Origin: Pseudomonadota bacterium
GTDB taxonomy: Bacteria > Pseudomonadota > Alphaproteobacteria > Ferrovibrionales > Ferrovibrionaceae
NCBI GenBank assembly: GCA_021793055.1
Contig: JAJYTL010000001.1
Span: 1-50,138, forward strand
DNA: 50,138 nucleotides
Direction of reading: 5' to 3'
Shown here: positions 1 through 10,376 of the stretch, in pieces
Layout: each line of letters opens with the position of its first letter
How positions within the stretch are numbered: position 1 is the stretch's first letter
Made by a program: the position numbers and the translations under genes
The notes under the pieces: model-generated
What the model was told of the DNA's origin: nothing
Database searches by the model: none
Seen by the model: only the letters and a program-made list of their open reading frames with translations

Positions 1-654
1 AATTTCGCGCCGGTGTTCCGCAACCGGGCGGCGCTTGTGGTGATGATTGCCTATGCCGCCCACAGTTTCGAGTTGTTCGGCTTCCGCGCTTGGATCGCCG
101 CCTTCTTCGCCTTTGCCGAGACCTTGACCTTGACGGCGGGCATGCGGCCCGATCCCGCGACCATCGCCGCCTTCGTGGTGCTGGTCAGCCTGCCGGCCTC
201 GATCGGCGGCAACGAGATCGCGCTCCGCTTCGGCCGGCGGCGCACCCTGGTGACGGTGATGGCGGCCTCGGCCGTGGCCGCGTGGCTGGTCGGTTTCAGC
301 GCCGTCCTGCCTCTTGCCGCGGTCGTTCTCGCCAGTTTCTGCTATGGCGCGCTGGTGTCGGGCGATTCCGCGGCCTTGACCGCCTCCCTCGTCGCCGTCG
401 CCGACCCCGATCACCGCGGCGCCACCATGGCCATGCATTCGACTTTGGGTTTTGCCGGCGCGTTCTTCGGTCCGATCGTCTTCGGTGTCGTGCTGGACAG
501 GTTCGGCGCCCATCACCTGACGGGTTGGATCGCCGGGTTCGCCTGTCTCGGCTCGGTGGTGGCGATCGGGCCGGTGGTGCTTGCGCTGGTGCCGGGGACC
601 GATGCCTTATCCCACTTGTCGGCTGTACAACAGCCCATGGCCAGAAGTGAGTGA
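1..654 (+). CDS. MFS-type transporter, C-terminal part (5' end lies outside the window)
   Basis: The reading frame is open from base 1 (track ORF 13..654). The product is a run of hydrophobic helices (AALVVMIAYAA, FVVLVSLPASIGG, FGPIVFGVVLDRFG, VVAIGPVVLALV) typical of the second half of a major-facilitator permease. Confidence 0.7.
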   Translation, partial: NFAPVFRNRAALVVMIAYAAHSFELFGFRAWIAAFFAFAETLTLTAGMRPDPATIAAFVVLVSLPASIGGNEIALRFGRRRTLVTVMAASAVAAWLVGFSAVLPLAAVVLASFCYGALVSGDSAALTASLVAVADPDHRGATMAMHSTLGFAGAFFGPIVFGVVLDRFGAHHLTGWIAGFACLGSVVAIGPVVLALVPGTDALSHLSAVQQPMARSE

Positions 655-903
655 AGCAAGGACAACACTCGGTCAAAGCGCGTTGAAGCGCCGCGGTGAC
701 AATAAGAATCCGCCTTCGGGGAAGGATTGACAAAGCCTGGTCTTGGGTCGAGAGTAGCGACCGCTCCAAGCAGTCGTTCTACCTGCCATCGCGTCGTCGA
801 CGCGACGGGACATCGCTATATTCATCGACCTTGTGGCGACCGGAGACGCTCTCGCGGGCTCGGTGCCGCCTTCCATTCGGAGACCGACGTCCGTCGATGC
901 GGC

Positions 904-1845
904 ATGGCAAGGAGCGGCGAGGCTTCTGGAGCGGTGGTGGTTTGTTGTAGTGGGGGGCCTGTGTTGGCGGTTCCTAGAGTGAAGGCGCGGAATAAACGGC
1001 GGAGCGTCGCGTCTCCGCGGCGGCGTCGCGAGGCCGTGGCAGCCGCAGCGATTTCATCCGATTTCGCGCCGGAATCGGAAACCGTGCGTCTGGCCGCGAA
1101 AGTGCTGCGCGGCGCATCGATCCCTGCGGCGAAATATTCCGAAGCCTTGTCTGCCTTGTCGCAGGCCTTGGCGGAATTGCGAGTAGAGGACTTCGGCCCG
1201 CAAATCGCCGCGGTGCCGGCGTCGCGAGAACGTGACATCGAGGCCCCGATCGAGGAGCGGCCCAAGGCGGCGAAGGCTGCCAAGGTGCGATCGCGCGGCC
1301 GGCCGCGGCGGTCGGCTGCGGCGATCGCCGCCGGAGAGCGCGGCGGCGAGGAGATCGCCGCGCCGGAAGCGCCGCTCGAACCGCCGATCGAACCGCCGCA
1401 AGCGCGGCTGATCCGCCGGGCCGACGTGGTGCATGAGCGCGCACCGGCTGCGCGGGAGCCGTTTTTGAACGGGCCGCGGCGAAGCGTGGTCAAATGGTTC
1501 GACGACAAGCACCGGCGCGGCGCCCTCCATGTGCCGGGGATCGGCGGCGAGGTCGCGATCAGCGGCGGGGCGCTCGATGCGTTCGGCGTGCATCGTCTGT
1601 TTCGCGGCCAAGAGGTGATGGTGGAGGTCGTCGAGCAGAAGGGGAGCGTGACCGTCGTTTCGCTTGCGCTGCCGAGTGAGTCCGCCGGGCCGAGCCGCGC
1701 CTTTAGCGCGGCGGCGCCCGAAGGCCGGCGGCGCCTCTCGGTGGTTGTTGAGGACAAGCGCAAGGCCTTGCAGCGGGTCGGTGCCAAGCTCAAGGCCGAA
1801 AGCGTCTTCAGCAAGAACCGGGGGCCCGACGGTTCGAACGACTAG
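904..1845 (+). CDS. Hypothetical protein with a long Ala/Arg/Pro/Glu-rich N-terminal region and a C-terminal cold-shock-domain-like OB fold
   Basis: The C-terminal segment VVKWFDDKHRRGALHVPGIGGEVAISGGALDAFGVHRLFRGQEVMVEVVEQKGSVTVVSL follows the CspA pattern (KWF..K..G.I...-.V.V....L...G...L..GQ.V..EV...KG). The start is uncertain: the ORF is open from 727, ATG 904 has no clear SD, and GTG 937 follows a GGAG. Confidence 0.5.
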   Translation: MARSGEASGAVVVCCSGGPVLAVPRVKARNKRRSVASPRRRREAVAAAAISSDFAPESETVRLAAKVLRGASIPAAKYSEALSALSQALAELRVEDFGPQIAAVPASRERDIEAPIEERPKAAKAAKVRSRGRPRRSAAAIAAGERGGEEIAAPEAPLEPPIEPPQARLIRRADVVHERAPAAREPFLNGPRRSVVKWFDDKHRRGALHVPGIGGEVAISGGALDAFGVHRLFRGQEVMVEVVEQKGSVTVVSLALPSESAGPSRAFSAAAPEGRRRLSVVVEDKRKALQRVGAKLKAESVFSKNRGPDGSND

Positions 1846-1851
1846 CGCACG

Positions 1852-1882
1852 ATGGTTTTGGGTCGGTTCGAGCCAAAACCAT
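1852..1882. repeat. Conserved intergenic hairpin, copy 1 (10-bp stem ATGGTTTTGG / CCAAAACCAT, 11-nt loop), 7 nt after the stop of the CSD-like gene
   Basis: Stem pairs were checked base by base (1852-1861 with 1873-1882). It is about 84 percent identical to the hairpin at 35323-35361, including the loop core CGGNTCGA, with one compensatory G-C to A-T stem change. Confidence 0.6.
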
Positions 1883-1962
1883 GCCCGCGCGCTGCTCCAA
1901 CGAGTTGGCGTTCGCCCTTCGCGCCGGGCATCGGCACCTGCATTCGCCGGCCCGCTGCGGGG

Positions 1963-2360
<398 letters not shown>

Positions 2361-2403
2361 CTAGGTAGGCCCTGCGGGCGGGCCGGTCAAGCGGGGCGCG
2401 ACG

Positions 2404-3165
2404 CTATGGCAGCGATGCCGGCTGGGCGGCGAGATGGAAGATCAGGCTCGTGGTTTCCGCATCCGCGCGGCCGTCCACTTGGCGCGGACGGAAATGGCGT
2501 TGAAAGGCGGCGACGACGGCCGCGGTGCCGGGATCGAAACAGCCGCTGCCCTCGATGCCATAGCCGATCGCGGCGAGCGCGATCTGGAGATCGATCACCG
2601 CGCCGCCGGCCATGCCGGGCTCAAGCGCGGGCGCTGTCGCGGCCGGCGCGAAGCCGGCGGCGGGCCACAGGCCGAGCCCGGCGCAGGCAAGCCGCGCCCA
2701 GTCGAAGCGCTCGCCCGGATCCTGCTTGCGCGATGGCGCGACATCCGAATGGCCAAGCACGCGCCCGGGCGGGATTCGGTGGCGGGCGACGATATCCTGG
2801 GCAAGCGCGATCAGGCGCGCCATTTGCGCTTCGGCAAACGGCGGCAGGCCACCGTCGTGGCCGGAATTCGCGAGCTCGATGCCGATCGAGCGGCCATTGA
2901 TGTCGCTGGCGCCTTGCCACGAGGCCAAGCCGGCGTGCCAGGCGCGGCGCGCCTCGGGCACCAGGGCATAGACCTCGCCCGCCTCGTCGATCAGGTAATG
3001 GGCACTGACCTTGGCCGTGGGATCGGCGAGGCGGGCAAGCGCCGCCTCGCTGCTCGCCATCCCGGTATAGTGCAACAATAGGATATCGATCGCCCGTTCG
3101 GCGGATCGCGCATCGTGGTTCGGCGACGGGTAGGGGCGAACGGCGCGTTCAAGCAAATTCGTCAA
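2404..3165 (-). CDS. N-acetylmuramoyl-L-alanine amidase (AmpD/AmiD-like, amidase_2) with a C-terminal peptidoglycan-binding domain
   Basis: Motifs ILLLHYTGM, AHYLIDEAGEVY, RAWHAG.S.W, GIEL.N.GH and GHSDVAP.RK.DPG are present. The C-terminus (DLQIALAAIGYGIEGSGCFDPGTAAVVAAFQRHF) resembles PG_binding_1. Confidence 0.85.
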   Translation of the reverse strand: MTNLLERAVRPYPSPNHDARSAERAIDILLLHYTGMASSEAALARLADPTAKVSAHYLIDEAGEVYALVPEARRAWHAGLASWQGASDINGRSIGIELANSGHDGGLPPFAEAQMARLIALAQDIVARHRIPPGRVLGHSDVAPSRKQDPGERFDWARLACAGLGLWPAAGFAPAATAPALEPGMAGGAVIDLQIALAAIGYGIEGSGCFDPGTAAVVAAFQRHFRPRQVDGRADAETTSLIFHLAAQPASLP

Positions 3166-3460
3166 TCTTGCCTTCCAGATTGTCGACGATGACCGGCGTC
3201 TCGAAATAATCCACTTCCGGTTCGGCGCCGTAGCGTTCGGCCATCGTGGCGCGCCATTCGCGGTTGAAGAGCTGCTCCGCCTGCTGGCGCGTTTGCCACA
3301 GATAGCAGCCGCCAGCGGTGCCGTCCGCGTTCCAGATGTAATATTTCCGCACCAAGCCCGGCAGCCCGCGGTAACGCGGTGCCGTTTGCTTGAACAGGGC
3401 GGTTGCCTTGTCGCGGGCCATGCCGGCCGGCAGCTTGAACCGCACGATGGCGACGATCAT
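3149..3460 (-). CDS. YdhR-like small dimeric alpha-beta-barrel protein (putative monooxygenase family)
   Basis: MIVAIVRFKLP...GLVRKYYIWNADGTAGGCYLWQTRQQAEQLF resembles the YdhR family (GG.YL. core). ATG at 3460 is preceded by GGAGG. The track ORF extends to 3487. There is a 17-nt overlap with the start of the amidase gene. Confidence 0.6.
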   Translation of the reverse strand: MIVAIVRFKLPAGMARDKATALFKQTAPRYRGLPGLVRKYYIWNADGTAGGCYLWQTRQQAEQLFNREWRATMAERYGAEPEVDYFETPVIVDNLEGKIDEFA

Positions 3461-3684
3461 CCTGGCCTCCGTCTTTGCTGCCGGCATCGCCGCGGCGGGC
3501 GCCTGGTCTCAAGGCTCCGGCTGTCGGGCGCCGCGCCGCGCGGCTCGTGCCGATTGCACGCAAGTCAACCAGAGGTATATTATCGCGAGATCGGATGATC
3601 GCGCCCGCGACCGCCCAAGCTCCGCTGCGTCGCAATCATCGTAACATGCCGGGATCGCCGGCGCATCCGCGCCGACGGCATTGC

Positions 3685-3852
3685 TTAGCCGTCGCGGCTG
3701 GTATCGGAGCGGCGGGCAGCGCGTTCAAGCTCCCTGCGGGCTTCTTTGAGCAGGCGCGTCACTTGCTCGCGCTCGGCCTTTTCCAGCGCCGTTTCGAGCA
3801 GGCGCTCATAATGGGCGATGTTCAGGCGGATGATTTCCGGGCTTTCATCCAT
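3685..3852 (-). CDS. Small (55 aa) coiled-coil hypothetical protein, below the length cut-off of the ORF track
   Basis: Hand translation gives MDESPEIIRLNIAHYERLLETALEKAEREQVTRLLKEARRELERAARRSDTSRDG, from ATG 3852 to TAA 3685-3687. The sequence is charged and helical with a heptad-like pattern. It lies in an otherwise unassigned gap. Confidence 0.4.
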   Translation of the reverse strand: MDESPEIIRLNIAHYERLLETALEKAEREQVTRLLKEARRELERAARRSDTSRDG

Positions 3853-4065
3853 CCGGCGCGCCCTCTAACGGCTGTTGCCACACCATGTCGACAACGTTAG
3901 CGCCAAGATATTAAGCACACAATCACTCTTAGACGCATTCCATCACTTTATGACATTGCTGTCGCCGAGGTTATGCCGCCGGCCCGCGCCGAGCAGGCTG
4001 CAAGGCCTCGTTGACCCAGCTTTTCGCTTGCGCCACAGTGGCGCCGGGCGAGTGGAGGAGATGTC

Positions 4066-7000
4066 ATGCGGTCCGAGGGTTTGGATAAAGGCTGGGAGTT
4101 CTGGATCGATCGCGGCGGCACCTTCACCGACCTGGTCGCACGGCGACCCGATGGTGCCATATACACGCATAAGCTGTTGTCGGAGAATCCCGAGCGCTAC
4201 AAGGACGCGGCGCTCCAAGGCATCCGCGATCTGCTTGGCGTCGAGCCGGGCGCGCCGCTGCCGACAGCGCGCATCCGCGTGGTCAAGATGGGCACCACGG
4301 TCGCGACCAACGCGCTCCTCGAGCGCCGGGGCGAGCGCACGCTGCTGGTCACCACCAAGGGGTTCCGCGACCAGCTCCGCATCGGCTATCAGACCCGGCC
4401 CAAGCTCTTCGCTCTCGACATCCAGCTTCCCGAGATGCTGTTCGAGCGCGTTCTCGAGGTCGACGAGCGCGTCACCGCCAAGGGCGAGGTGCTGGCGGCA
4501 CCAGACCTCGAGGCCGCGCGCGAGGGTCTTGCCCGCGCCCATGCCGACGGCATTCGCGCGTGCGCCATCGTCTTTCTGCATGCCTATCGCTATCCCGCCG
4601 CCGAGGACGCGGTGGCGGCGGTGGCGCGCGAGGTCGGCTTCACCCAGGTTTCGACCAGCCATGAGGTGAGCCCGCTGATGAAATACGTGCCGCGCGGCGA
4701 TACCACCGTGGTCGACGCCTATCTGTCGCCGATTCTGCGCCGTTACGTCGACGATCTCGAGCGCGAGCTCAAGGGCACGCAGCTCCTCTTCATGCAATCC
4801 AACGGCGGTCTCAAGGACGCCCATCTCTTCCGCGGCAAGGACGCCATTCTCTCCGGCCCGGCCGGCGGCGTCGTCGGCATGGTGCGGACCTCGAACATCG
4901 CCGGCTTCGAGCGCATCATCGGCTTCGACATGGGCGGCACCTCGACCGACGTCAGCCATTTCGACGGCGCCTACGAGCGCACCTTCGACAGCGAGGTCGC
5001 CGGCGTGCGCATCCGCGCCCCGATGATGCGCATCCACACCGTCGCGGCGGGCGGCGGTTCGGTTCTCGTCTTCGACGGCGCGCGCTATCGCGTCGGACCG
5101 CAATCGGCCGGCGCCGATCCGGGTCCGGCTTGCTACCGGCGCGGCGGACCGCTCACGGTCACCGACTGCAATGTCATGCTGGGCAAGCTCGATCCGCGCT
5201 TTTTCCCCAAGGTCTTTGGCCCGGCCGGCGATCAGCCGCTGGATGCCGAGGTGGTGCGGTCCAAGTTCGCCGAGCTCGCGGCCGAGATCGCGGCCAAGAC
5301 CGGCGACAAGCGGTCGCCGGAACAGGTGGCGGACGGCTTCCTCAGCATCGCCGTCGACAACATGGCGAACGCGATCAAGAAAATCTCGGTTGCGCGCGGC
5401 TACGACGTCAGCAAGTACGTCTTGACCTGCTTCGGCGGCGCCGGCGGCCAACACGCTTGTCTGGTCGCCGACGCGCTCGGCATCACCAGCGTTCTCTTGC
5501 ATCCCTTCGCCGGTGTGCTTTCGGCCTATGGCATGGGGCTCGCCGATCAGCGCACGATGCGCGAGAAGACCGTCGAGGTGCCACTCGAAGCCTCGGCGCT
5601 CCCGCGGATCGAGGCCGAGCTCGCGGCGCTCGCCGGCGAGACCAGCGACGATCTCCGCGCCCAAGGGGTCGCGCCCGAACAGATCGCCGTTGAGCGCCGG
5701 CTTCACCTCCGCTACGCCGGCTCGGACGTGCCCCTGATCGTGCCCTTCGGCGATCTCGCCGCCATCACCGCCGCCTTCGAGGCGGCGCATCGCCAGCGCT
5801 ACGGCTTCATCTCGCCCGAAAAAGGCCTGATCGTCGAAGCCGTGGCGGCCGAGGCGATCGGCGCCGCGACCACCGTCGACGAACCCGAGGCCGCACCCGG
5901 CGCGCCGGGCCGCGCGGTGCCCGAGACGGCGCGCGGGCAAACCTTCATGGCGGGCGCCTGGCGCGAGACGCCGGTGATCGACCGCGAGGCGATGTTGCCC
6001 GGCAGTCGGGTCGCCGGCCCGGCCGTCATCGTCGAGCGCACCGGCACCACCGTGGTCGAGCCCGGCTGGCAGGCGGAGCTGACGTCGCGGCGCCATCTTC
6101 TACTCGCCCGCACCGTGCCGCTGGCGCGGGCGAATTCGGTCGGCACCAAGGTCGATCCCGTCCGGCTCGAGATTTTCAACAATCTCTTCATGTCGATCGC
6201 CGAGCAGATGGGATCGGTGCTCGCCAATACCGCCTATTCGGTGAACATCAAGGAGCGGCTCGATTTCTCCTGCGCGATCTTCGACCTCGCGGGCGAACTG
6301 GTGGCCAACGCGCCGCACGTGCCGGTGCACCTCGGTTCCATGAGCGAGAGCATCAAGACCATCATCCGCCAGCGCGGCGCCGAGACGCGGGCGGGCGACG
6401 TCTATGTGCTGAACGCGCCCTACGACGGCGGCACCCATCTTCCCGATGTCACCGTGGTAACGCCGGTGTTCGACCGCGCCGGCACGGAACTGCTGTTCTA
6501 TGTCGCGGCGCGCGGTCATCACGCCGATATCGGCGGCACCACGCCGGGCTCGATGCCGCCCGACAGCCGAAGCGTCGCCGAGGAAGGCATCCTGTTCGAC
6601 AATTTCCAGCTCGTCGATCGCGGCCGCTTCCTTGAGCGCAAGGTGCGCGAACTGCTCGCGAGCGGTCCCTATCCGGCCCGCAATCCGGCGCAGAACATCG
6701 CCGATCTTCAGGCCCAGATCGCGGCCTGCGAGAAAGGCGCGCAGGAGCTCCGCCGCATGGTCGACCAGTTCGGCCTCGAGGTGGTGCGGGCCTATATGAG
6801 CCACGTCCAGGACAACGCCGAGGAGCAGGTGCGCCAAGTCATCGCCCGGCTCAAGGACGGCAGCTTCGTCTATCCCATGGACGATGGGCGCGAGATCGCG
6901 GTCAAGATCGCGATCGACCGCGCGGCGCGCGCCGCCACCGTGGACTTCACCGGCACCAGCCCGCAGCATCAAGGCAATTTCAACGCGCCGAAGGCGGTCG

Positions 7001-7704
7001 CGGTGGCGGCGGTGCTTTATGTCTTCCGTTGCCTGGTCGATACCGACATTCCGTTGAACGGCGGCTGCCTCAAGCCCCTGAACATCATCGTGCCCGAGGG
7101 CTCGATGCTGAACCCGCGCTATCCCGCGGCGGTGGTCGCCGGCAATGTCGAGACCAGCCAGTGCATCACCGACACGCTGTTCGGCGCGCTCGGGGTACTG
7201 GCCGCCTCGCAGGGGACGATGAACAACCTGACCTTCGGCAACAAGGACTATCAGTATTACGAGACGATCTGCGGCGGCGCCGGGGCGGGGCCCGGCTTCA
7301 ACGGCGCCGATGCCGTCCACACCCATATGACCAATACCCGGCTCACCGATCCCGAAGTGCTCGAATGGCGCTTCCCGGTCCTGCTTGAGAGTTTCGAGAT
7401 CCGCCATGGCTCGGGCGGCGCCGGCCGCTGGCGGGGCGGCGATGGCGTCCGGCGGCGGATTCGCTTTTTCGAGCCGATGACGGTGGCGCTGCTCTCCAGC
7501 CACCGCAAGGTGCCGCCCTTCGGCGCCGCCGGCGGCGAGCCGGGCGAGGTCGGCCGGCAGTGGGTCGAGCGCGCGGGCGATGGCCGCGAGGCCTTGGCGG
7601 GTTGCGATCAGGCCGAACTTAGGGCCGGCGACGTCTTCGTGATCGAGACCCCGTCGGGCGGCGGCTACGGCAAGGCCGAGGTCCGCAAGGCGGCGGCGGA
7701 ATAA
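4066..7704 (+). CDS. 5-oxoprolinase / hydantoinase family, fused HyuA-HyuB (1212 aa, ATP-hydrolysing type)
   Basis: The N-terminus [16 protein letters not shown] matches hydantoinase_A, followed by [12 protein letters not shown]. The C-terminal half matches hydantoinase_B ([42 protein letters not shown]). GGAGGAG lies upstream of the ATG. Confidence 0.9.
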   Translation: MRSEGLDKGWEFWIDRGGTFTDLVARRPDGAIYTHKLLSENPERYKDAALQGIRDLLGVEPGAPLPTARIRVVKMGTTVATNALLERRGERTLLVTTKGFRDQLRIGYQTRPKLFALDIQLPEMLFERVLEVDERVTAKGEVLAAPDLEAAREGLARAHADGIRACAIVFLHAYRYPAAEDAVAAVAREVGFTQVSTSHEVSPLMKYVPRGDTTVVDAYLSPILRRYVDDLERELKGTQLLFMQSNGGLKDAHLFRGKDAILSGPAGGVVGMVRTSNIAGFERIIGFDMGGTSTDVSHFDGAYERTFDSEVAGVRIRAPMMRIHTVAAGGGSVLVFDGARYRVGPQSAGADPGPACYRRGGPLTVTDCNVMLGKLDPRFFPKVFGPAGDQPLDAEVVRSKFAELAAEIAAKTGDKRSPEQVADGFLSIAVDNMANAIKKISVARGYDVSKYVLTCFGGAGGQHACLVADALGITSVLLHPFAGVLSAYGMGLADQRTMREKTVEVPLEASALPRIEAELAALAGETSDDLRAQGVAPEQIAVERRLHLRYAGSDVPLIVPFGDLAAITAAFEAAHRQRYGFISPEKGLIVEAVAAEAIGAATTVDEPEAAPGAPGRAVPETARGQTFMAGAWRETPVIDREAMLPGSRVAGPAVIVERTGTTVVEPGWQAELTSRRHLLLARTVPLARANSVGTKVDPVRLEIFNNLFMSIAEQMGSVLANTAYSVNIKERLDFSCAIFDLAGELVANAPHVPVHLGSMSESIKTIIRQRGAETRAGDVYVLNAPYDGGTHLPDVTVVTPVFDRAGTELLFYVAARGHHADIGGTTPGSMPPDSRSVAEEGILFDNFQLVDRGRFLERKVRELLASGPYPARNPAQNIADLQAQIAACEKGAQELRRMVDQFGLEVVRAYMSHVQDNAEEQVRQVIARLKDGSFVYPMDDGREIAVKIAIDRAARAATVDFTGTSPQHQGNFNAPKAVAVAAVLYVFRCLVDTDIPLNGGCLKPLNIIVPEGSMLNPRYPAAVVAGNVETSQCITDTLFGALGVLAASQGTMNNLTFGNKDYQYYETICGGAGAGPGFNGADAVHTHMTNTRLTDPEVLEWRFPVLLESFEIRHGSGGAGRWRGGDGVRRRIRFFEPMTVALLSSHRKVPPFGAAGGEPGEVGRQWVERAGDGREALAGCDQAELRAGDVFVIETPSGGGYGKAEVRKAAAE

Positions 7705-7715
7705 GCCGGCGCGAC

Positions 7716-9194
7716 CTAATCCGTGCCGAAAAACCGCGCCAGGCCATTCTTGATCTCGGCCAGCGCTTCCCCTGCCGTGTTGGGGGCATCCGGTGGTGGG
7801 GGGAGTGTCGTCGCGTGCTTAACCGGGTCTTGGCCGGCCGCCGGCAGCAGCCCGGCGAGGCCGTGCAGCGCCGCCTGCATGTCGTTCAAGGGCCGCGTCA
7901 GCGCGTCTTGGAGGATCGGCGCGGTCGGCACATAGGGCAGCGCCGCGATCGTTTCGGGGCCGAGATTCGTCGGCTGATCCAAAGTCAGGGCGCGATCGAG
8001 ATCGGGAGCGACGTCGTCCCGGTTGGTCAGCTTCGGGCCAAGATCGAAGCAAAGACGCAAGGTCTTGATAATCGAGGTGTGGTCGAACGGATAGGGCGGA
8101 CCCTGGTGCGGCAGGCCATCCGGGGCGGCGCGCAGCATGCTTTCCGCCTCGACATAGGGCGAGGCGATCACCGCCGGCACGCGGACGCCATAACGGTCGA
8201 AAGCGAAGCCACTCGGGTCGCGATAATCGTCGGGCGAGACGGCGCGCGGCGGCGGCGCGTGATCGTAGCAGCCGCCATGCTCGTCGTAGGTGACGATGAG
8301 GAGCGTTTGCCGCCACGCGGCCTCGTTCTTGCGCAGCGCGTTATAGACCCGGGCGATCAGTTGATCGCCGAGCGCGACATTGTGCGGCGGGTGCTGATCG
8401 TTCGGCAGCAGGATGCCGAGTTCGCCGAGATAATGCGGCTCGATGAAGGAATAGGCGGGAAGCAGGCCGGCTTCGGTGGCGCGGAGAAACTCGTCGAAGC
8501 GGTGGAAATGGTCGGGATGGCTTTGCAGGCGGAGAAGCGTCAGGGCCTGCGGCACGTCGTGAAAGAAGATCGCCCAGTCGAGCCCTTTGGCCTGTAGCCG
8601 ATCGAAGACGGTCGGCATTTCGTACGGGAAATGCGCCGGGGAATTGTTGACGTAGCCCCGCGCGGTGCCGGTGTGGACGAAGAAGCGGTTGGGCCAGGTC
8701 TGGTTCGGCGCCGAGGCGTGCCATTGGTCGGAGACCGCGAAGGCCCGCGCGAGGCTTGAGAGCGCTGGCACCTGTTGCGGCAGGTAATGATGCATGGCCG
8801 CCCGCGCGAGATAGGGCGAGGCGGCGTAATCGCCGGGCGTCGGCGGCTTGTATTGGCGGAGATAATTGTCGACGAAGCCGGTCATCGGCGGGGGCGTCGC
8901 CGCCGACGGCTGGCCGCTGAGGCCGAACAGCTGCCGGTTGATGTCGTCGAAGCGCTCGCCCGGATCGGGGCTCGGAACGGTCATGGCGTCCGGCGCGAGC
9001 GTAGGGTCGTTCCACACCGGCACCGGCGCGAGAAGCCGCCCGGTGGCCGGGTCGTGGCAGGGATTGCTCTCGGTGCCGCTCAGGCCGTTGAAATCGGCGC
9101 GATTTGGGTAGAGCCGGCCGAGGACATTGTCGAAAGAGCGGTTCTCCAGCATGAGAACCACCACATGCTTGATCTTGCTGCCGAGACCCGCCAT
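7716..9194 (-). CDS. Phosphoesterase family protein (phospholipase C / AcpA-like)
   Basis: The N-terminal IKHVVVLMLENRSFDNVLG motif and the later TYDEHGGCYDH motif are diagnostic of the phosphoesterase (PLC/acid phosphatase) family. No signal peptide is visible. Confidence 0.85.
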   Translation of the reverse strand: MAGLGSKIKHVVVLMLENRSFDNVLGRLYPNRADFNGLSGTESNPCHDPATGRLLAPVPVWNDPTLAPDAMTVPSPDPGERFDDINRQLFGLSGQPSAATPPPMTGFVDNYLRQYKPPTPGDYAASPYLARAAMHHYLPQQVPALSSLARAFAVSDQWHASAPNQTWPNRFFVHTGTARGYVNNSPAHFPYEMPTVFDRLQAKGLDWAIFFHDVPQALTLLRLQSHPDHFHRFDEFLRATEAGLLPAYSFIEPHYLGELGILLPNDQHPPHNVALGDQLIARVYNALRKNEAAWRQTLLIVTYDEHGGCYDHAPPPRAVSPDDYRDPSGFAFDRYGVRVPAVIASPYVEAESMLRAAPDGLPHQGPPYPFDHTSIIKTLRLCFDLGPKLTNRDDVAPDLDRALTLDQPTNLGPETIAALPYVPTAPILQDALTRPLNDMQAALHGLAGLLPAAGQDPVKHATTLPPPPDAPNTAGEALAEIKNGLARFFGTD

Positions 9195-9375
9195 GCCCGC
9201 TCCCCCGCCGTTGCCGCCGAATGACGCGGTTGAGGACGCCGTGCGTCAAGGTTAGCAAAAGGGCCGGCCTACCGGAAGCCGGCGGCTGTTCGGCACCGCC
9301 ACGGTTAGCACCGCGCGCCTGCGGGGCGCGCAAAATCCGCTTTGCGCGCCCGGGACGCGCCGCTAGAGTGCCGTC

Positions 9376-10068
9376 ATGGCAAGTGTCCTTATCACTGGCG
9401 CGAACCGCGGCCTCGGACTCGAGTTCGCGCGACAATACCTCGCCAAGGGCTGGCGCATCTTCGCCGCCTGCCGCGAGCCCGCCGCCGCAAAAGCGTTGCA
9501 GGCGTTGGCCGCGCAATCTGATGGCAAGCTCACGGTGCACGCGCTCGAGGTCACCGACGACCAGGCGATCGCGGCACTCGCCGGCGATCTCGCCAAGGAA
9601 CCGATCGACGTTCTGATCAACAACGCGGGCGTCAACCGCGCCGAGGCGAACGAACTCGGCCTTGGCAATGCCCAGGCTTGGCTCGATGTCTTCGCCGCCA
9701 ACGTGGTGGCGCCGGTTCATGTCGCCACCGCCTTCCTGCCGCATGTGGCGAAAGGCGACCGCCGCGTCATCGCGACGATTTCCTCCCGCCTCGGCTCGAT
9801 CGCCGAGAACCAGGGCGGCTCCTATGCCTACCGGGCGTCGAAAGCGGCGGTCAATGCCGCCATGCGCTCGCTCAGCCAGGATGCCCGGGCCAAGGGAACC
9901 ACCGTCGTCGTCCTGCATCCCGGCTGGGTGCGAACCGATATGGGCGGCGCCGCGGCGCCGCTCACGCCGAGCGAGAGCATCGCCCAGCTCGTCGCCTTGA
10001 TCGACCGCATCGGTCCGCGCGACAACGGCAGTTTCCTCAGCTTCGACGGCAAGCCGATCCCCTGGTAG
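9376..10068 (+). CDS. Short-chain dehydrogenase/reductase (C-factor/CsgA-like SDR)
   Basis: VLITGANRGLGLEF is the TGxxxGxG cofactor motif, LINNAG is present, and YRASKAA is the YxxxK catalytic motif. Confidence 0.9.
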   Translation: MASVLITGANRGLGLEFARQYLAKGWRIFAACREPAAAKALQALAAQSDGKLTVHALEVTDDQAIAALAGDLAKEPIDVLINNAGVNRAEANELGLGNAQAWLDVFAANVVAPVHVATAFLPHVAKGDRRVIATISSRLGSIAENQGGSYAYRASKAAVNAAMRSLSQDARAKGTTVVVLHPGWVRTDMGGAAAPLTPSESIAQLVALIDRIGPRDNGSFLSFDGKPIPW

Positions 10069-10376
10069 AAAAGCCCAAATTATTCCTGTTAAATCTGTTG
10101 CCCAAGGCGGGCAAATGGGCTAAGCCACATCGGCGCTCCCCTCGCGGATCACGCGGGGAAGCGTCGATCGGGACCGGCGGCAAGGCGCGAAGCGCGTATT
10201 TCCACTTGCCAGGGCCCGCCTGGGTTGAAGTGGTTTCCGTAGCGGCTCCGCCAAAATGTTGTTGAGAGGCAAAACGTCGGTATTCGGGCCCGGCTTCGGT
10301 CGGCACCACCGGCGCGGCCGCGATTTATTTCCGAATCTTCGGGGCCGGCCTGCCCGCGCCGGCTTGCGGTAGTAAA

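Noticed and set aside
3943-7503. Very long minus-strand ORFs (3943..6096, 717 aa; 6100..7503, 467 aa) opposite the 5-oxoprolinase gene
   Set aside because: Their products are Arg/Ala/Gly/Asp-rich with no recognisable motifs, whereas the + strand encodes an unmistakable hydantoinase/oxoprolinase. These are stop-codon-poor antisense frames typical of high-GC DNA.
8341-9918. 525-aa minus-strand ORF bridging the phosphoesterase and SDR genes
   Set aside because: It overlaps the phosphoesterase in a different frame and the SDR in antisense. It spans the intergenic region and has no recognisable domain.
10069-10376. 308-bp leader upstream of the molybdoenzyme operon, considered as a Moco or other riboswitch
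   Set aside because: It contains a few short hairpins (for example CCCCTCGCG-gatca-CGCGGGG), but I could not recognise any conserved riboswitch core. A covariance-model scan would be needed.
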